Of a DNA stretch of 23,323 bases, positions 20,226 through 23,323 are shown in pieces. The notes beneath the pieces were generated by a model. The model searched no databases and had not been told where the DNA came from. It worked only from the letters and a program-made list of their open reading frames with translations. The DNA is from Octopus sinensis (Eukaryota). Position numbers and translations under genes: made by a program. Within the stretch, counting starts at the first letter, position 1, and each line of letters starts with the position of its first letter. Location of the stretch: assembly GCF_006345805.1 (NCBI RefSeq), contig NW_021836613.1:1-23323 (forward strand), read 5' to 3'.

Positions 20226-20478
20226 ATCATCATCATCATCGTTTAACATCCACTTTCCATGCTGGCATGGGTTGGACGATTTGACAGGGGACTGGCAAGC
20301 CAGATAGCTGCGCTAGGCTCCAATCTGATCTGGCAGAGTTTCTACAGCTGGATGCCCTTCCTAATGCCAACCACTCTGAGAGTGTAGTGGGTGCTTTTAC
20401 GTGCCACCGGCACAAGGGCCAGTCGGGCGGTACTGGCAACGACCACACTCAAATGGTGTTTTTTACATGCCACCTGCC
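20226..20478 (-). mobile_element. RTE-related short retroposon
   Basis: (ATC)n + gtttaacatccactttccatgc ... cagctggatgcccttcctaatgccaacc. Confidence 0.92.
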
Positions 20479-20535
20479 TATATATATAAGCACAAATGTA
20501 ATTCTTTTCCTATATAAACTGCACTTCATATCTGA

Positions 20536-20616
20536 GGCTCTGATGAAGCTGTAAGGTATTATTCAGGCACTCAACTATGAGTCCTGTGCATCTTATAGCA
20601 GAAACGGCTGTAAGCT
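20536..20616 (+). ncRNA. Type I hammerhead ribozyme motif (minimal stem I, palindromic stem III, extended stem II)
   Basis: GGCT(20536-39) CTGATGA(20540-46) A GCTGTAAG(20548-55)...CTTATAGC(20592-99) A GAA ACGGCTGT(20604-11) A(20612) AGCT(20613-16); predicted GUA cleavage triplet at 20610-20612. Confidence 0.75.
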
Positions 20617-20659
20617 AATGAAGTTCATAAGATAATCATTTATTTCTTTATTTCTATTT

Positions 20660-20728
20660 CTGATGTATATATTCTTTTATTCTTTTATGTGTTTCAGCCA
20701 GGTGCTTGTGGTCATGCCGGAGCACCAT
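20660..20728 (-). mobile_element. SINE family A-like tail fragment
   Basis: tatgtgtttcagcc...tgtggtcatgccggagcacc. Confidence 0.65.
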
Positions 20729-20844
20729 ATATATATATATATAATATATATCAATAATAATTTCTTATATAGGCACAGGGCCAGAAATTTGAAGCATGTC
20801 AGTGAACAGTCACTTATTTTGGATTCCAGTAGATGTATGGTGTA

Positions 20845-21050
20845 GGGGCACATGGCCTAGTGGTTAGGGTGTTGGATTCATGATCGTAAGATTGTGGTTT
20901 CAATTCCTGGATGAGGTGATGCACTGTGTTCTTGAGCTTCATTTCACATTACTCCAGACAACTCACCAGCCAAAAATGAGTAATCCTACAACAGACTGGC
21001 TTCCCATCCTGGGGGTAATATATGCAACACAGAAACTGGGAAACCTATGA
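20845..21050 (+). mobile_element. tRNA-derived SINE family C
   Basis: ggggcacatggcctagtggttagggtgttgg (A box), ggtttcaattcc (B-box-like), then tgtgttcttgagc...ccagccaaaaatgagt. Confidence 0.85.
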
Positions 21051-21254
21051 GACTATATTACGGGTATGCGGGTATTTTGAAAATACCCCATGGTGTAATG
21101 ACCATGCCTTGTATAGTTACAGGCTGCCCTTTGGCAAGGCATAGCACCCATTCAGCTATCCTGTTAGGGATATAGCAAAGTCATAGGACTGTAACACAGT
21201 AGATTGTGAAAAGGTAGCAGAAAAGCTGTGAAAAGATTGTGAAAAGGTAGCTGT

Positions 21255-21664
21255 GAGCTGGCAGAAACGTTAGCAGGCTGGGCGAAATGCTTAGCGGTAT
21301 TTCGTCTGCCGTTGCGTTCTGAGTTCAAATTCCACTGAAGTCGACTTTGCTTTTCATCCTTTCGGGGTTGATAAATTAAGTACCAGTTATGCACTGTGGT
21401 TGATGTAATCAACTTAATCCCCTTTGGCTGTCATTGTTTGTCCCCTCTATGTTTAGCCCCTTGTGGGTAATAAAGAAATAGGTATTTTGTCTGCCGTTAC
21501 ATTTTGAGTTGAAATTCCGCTGAGGTCAACTCTGCCTTTCATCCTTTTGGGGTTGATAAATTAAGTACCAGTTATGCACTGTGGTTGATGTAATTGACTT
21601 AATCCCTTTGTCTGTCATTGTTTGTCCCCTCTATGTTTAGCCCCTTGTGGGCAATAAAGAAATA
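21255..21664 (+). mobile_element. SINE family E with a tandem duplication of its ~185-bp body (21295-21480 and 21481-21664)
   Basis: Both units run ggtatt..gtctgccgtt to agccccttgtggg.aataaagaaata. Confidence 0.92.
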
Positions 21665-21700
21665 AGAAGAGCTCAACTGAGCCAACAGTTTTTCATACAT

Positions 21701-22103
21701 TGATGCTGAGCGGAGGAATCCTAAAAGATCAATGGTTAGGATCACCAAGCTCTATTAAGAGAGTAACTGCAATGCAACCATAGAGGTGGCATCATTCTTT
21801 GTGCAATCAACAAATGAAATATTCACTTATGACTCAAGCTCTCAACTCAAATTCATAATAATGGAATTGGATGACAAGAGTGAGTCATGGGAGTCTGCGA
21901 AAGCAATGTGGCAGATTGTGAAGAGGCAGTGGAAGAGCCCAGCTGATGGTGAGTGGAGGAGTCCTAGAAGGTCAATGGTCAGTAACTGCAACACATCCAT
22001 AGGGGTGACATCCGTGGTTGAGTAATCAGCTAATGATAGATTCACCACGACTCGAGTTCCAAATTCAAATTTAAGAAAATGTAATTGGATGGCAACAGTC
22101 ATG
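21701..22103. repeat. Old diverged tandem duplication of unidentified sequence (21701-21889 and 21944-22103)
   Basis: The first 39 nt of the two units differ at 6 positions; similarity continues through gtaactgcaa, gattcac and aattggatg.caa to gtcatg, with one ~25-30-nt indel. Confidence 0.85.
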
Positions 22104-22117
22104 AGAATTCGTGAAAG

Positions 22118-22393
22118 CATCATCATCATCATCATCACCATCATCATCGTTTAACGTCCGTTTTCCGTGCTAGCATGGGTTGGACAGTTCGACTGGGGTC
22201 TGGAAAGCCAGGAGGCTGCACCAGTCTCCAGTCTGATCTGGCAGTGTTTCTACAGCTGGATGCCCTTCCTAACGCCAACCACTCCGAGAGTGTAGTGGGT
22301 GCATTTTACGTGCCACCGGCACAGGTGCCAGGGGAGTCTGGCAGCGGCCACGATCGGTTGGTGCTTTTTACGTGCCACCGGGACACAAATGCC
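22118..22393 (-). mobile_element. RTE-related short retroposon, well preserved
   Basis: (ATC)n + gtttaacgtccgttttccgtgctagcatgggttggac ... gctggatgcccttcctaacgccaacc. Confidence 0.93.
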
Positions 22394-22409
22394 TAAATTA
22401 AAACACTCA

Positions 22410-22426
22410 TTACTACCACCACCACC

Positions 22427-22499
<73 letters not shown>

Positions 22500-22510
22500 T
22501 TACAACTACT
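22410..22510. repeat. (ACC)n/(ACT)n microsatellite
   Basis: Directly visible. Confidence 0.97.
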
Positions 22511-22954
22511 AGATTTTTGGAATTTGCTTGTCCCACAAAAACTTTGTGAAATAAACTGCGCCCATTTTATTCTTTCCCAAACTTCCGTAATAACAGTAGG
22601 TGGAGTGTAGGGATGGGGTGTGTGGGAACACAAACCCAAGGGGATTTTATATTTGCCTGTCGCTGTTGGCAAACTGCAAAAGAGAGTGAGAGGTGTCAGT
22701 TGTTCAAACATAATATCACTGATAATGTATATAACAATTGGATTTATAACTATCCAAATGGTCTTGTCTGGTCTCTGGTTGAGTTTGGGCTGGGCTGGGC
22801 TGGGCTGGCTGGTTGGAGGAGAGGACCAAATTGTGGAAATGACTAAACTTTTCATTGAGTAGGCAGAGAGTAGGAGAGAGAAAAGTGACGGAACATGTCA
22901 CCAACTGTGAAGGAGGAGAACGAGAAAGGTTTTCTGGCACCACACAAGACTTCA

Positions 22955-23026
22955 AACAACAACAACAACAACAACAACAGCAGCAGCAAGCAATGGTGAT
23001 GATGATGATGATGATGATGATGATGT
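22955..23026. repeat. (CAA)/(CAG)/(GAT) trinucleotide repeats
   Basis: Directly visible. Confidence 0.96.
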
Positions 23027-23149
23027 TACAATGGCAATAACGATCATATTGAACAGCTCAATTATCAAAGCCATAAATGATGAAGTGGCCACGAGGAGCA
23101 CTGTCGGCAGCTACCATTATACATCTACTGGTCTGAGGAGTGAACATGG

Positions 23150-23323
23150 AGGGGAAGGGGGGTAGAAGAAAAAAGAAGAGGAAGAACAACAACAAAAGAA
23201 GAAGGAGGGGGAGGAGGAGAAGAAGTAGAAGAAGAAGAAGAAAAGAAGAAGAAGAAGAAGAAATGATGATGATGAAGAAGAAGAAGAGGGAGAAGAAGAA
23301 TAAGAAGAAAAGAGAAGAAGAAG
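23150..23323. repeat. (GAA)n-rich purine tract
   Basis: Directly visible; runs off the window end. Confidence 0.96.

Noticed and set aside
23077-23136. C/D-box snoRNA (ATGATGA at 23077, CTGA at 23133)
   Set aside because: No terminal stem, no clear C'/D' boxes, no rRNA complement that I recognise, and ATGATGA is abundant next to (GAT)n repeats.
1-23323. CRISPR array or prokaryotic operon
   Set aside because: No constant repeats with unique spacers and no gene-dense coding structure; the window is eukaryotic repeat-rich DNA.

Overview
AT-rich eukaryotic, almost entirely non-coding DNA: microsatellites interleaved with decayed transposable elements. The repeat families look like those of Octopus genomes, but that is my recognition, not a database result. 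No intact protein-coding gene, rRNA, true tRNA or CRISPR array is supportable, and nearly all ORFs in the track are microsatellite or repeat artefacts. The only recognisable coding remnants are a frameshifted mariner transposase C-terminus with unusual D35D spacing (~15893-16218) and a multiply disrupted CR1-like LINE reverse transcriptase (~7661-8250). The rest is tRNA-derived SINEs of about five families, an RTE-related short retroposon family, non-autonomous Helitrons, MITEs and piggyBac-like ends. The most interesting signal is a set of hammerhead-ribozyme (HHR) motifs: a near-complete type I HHR with a self-complementary stem III at 20536-20616 (+), a core-variant minimal HHR at 10858-10893 (-), and two long fold-back palindromes (10131-10391, 19935-20066) whose apexes sit on a stem-II-plus-GAAA-like hairpin. 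Together these suggest several Penelope-like/retrozyme-type families. Ribozyme activity and family assignment are untested inferences.
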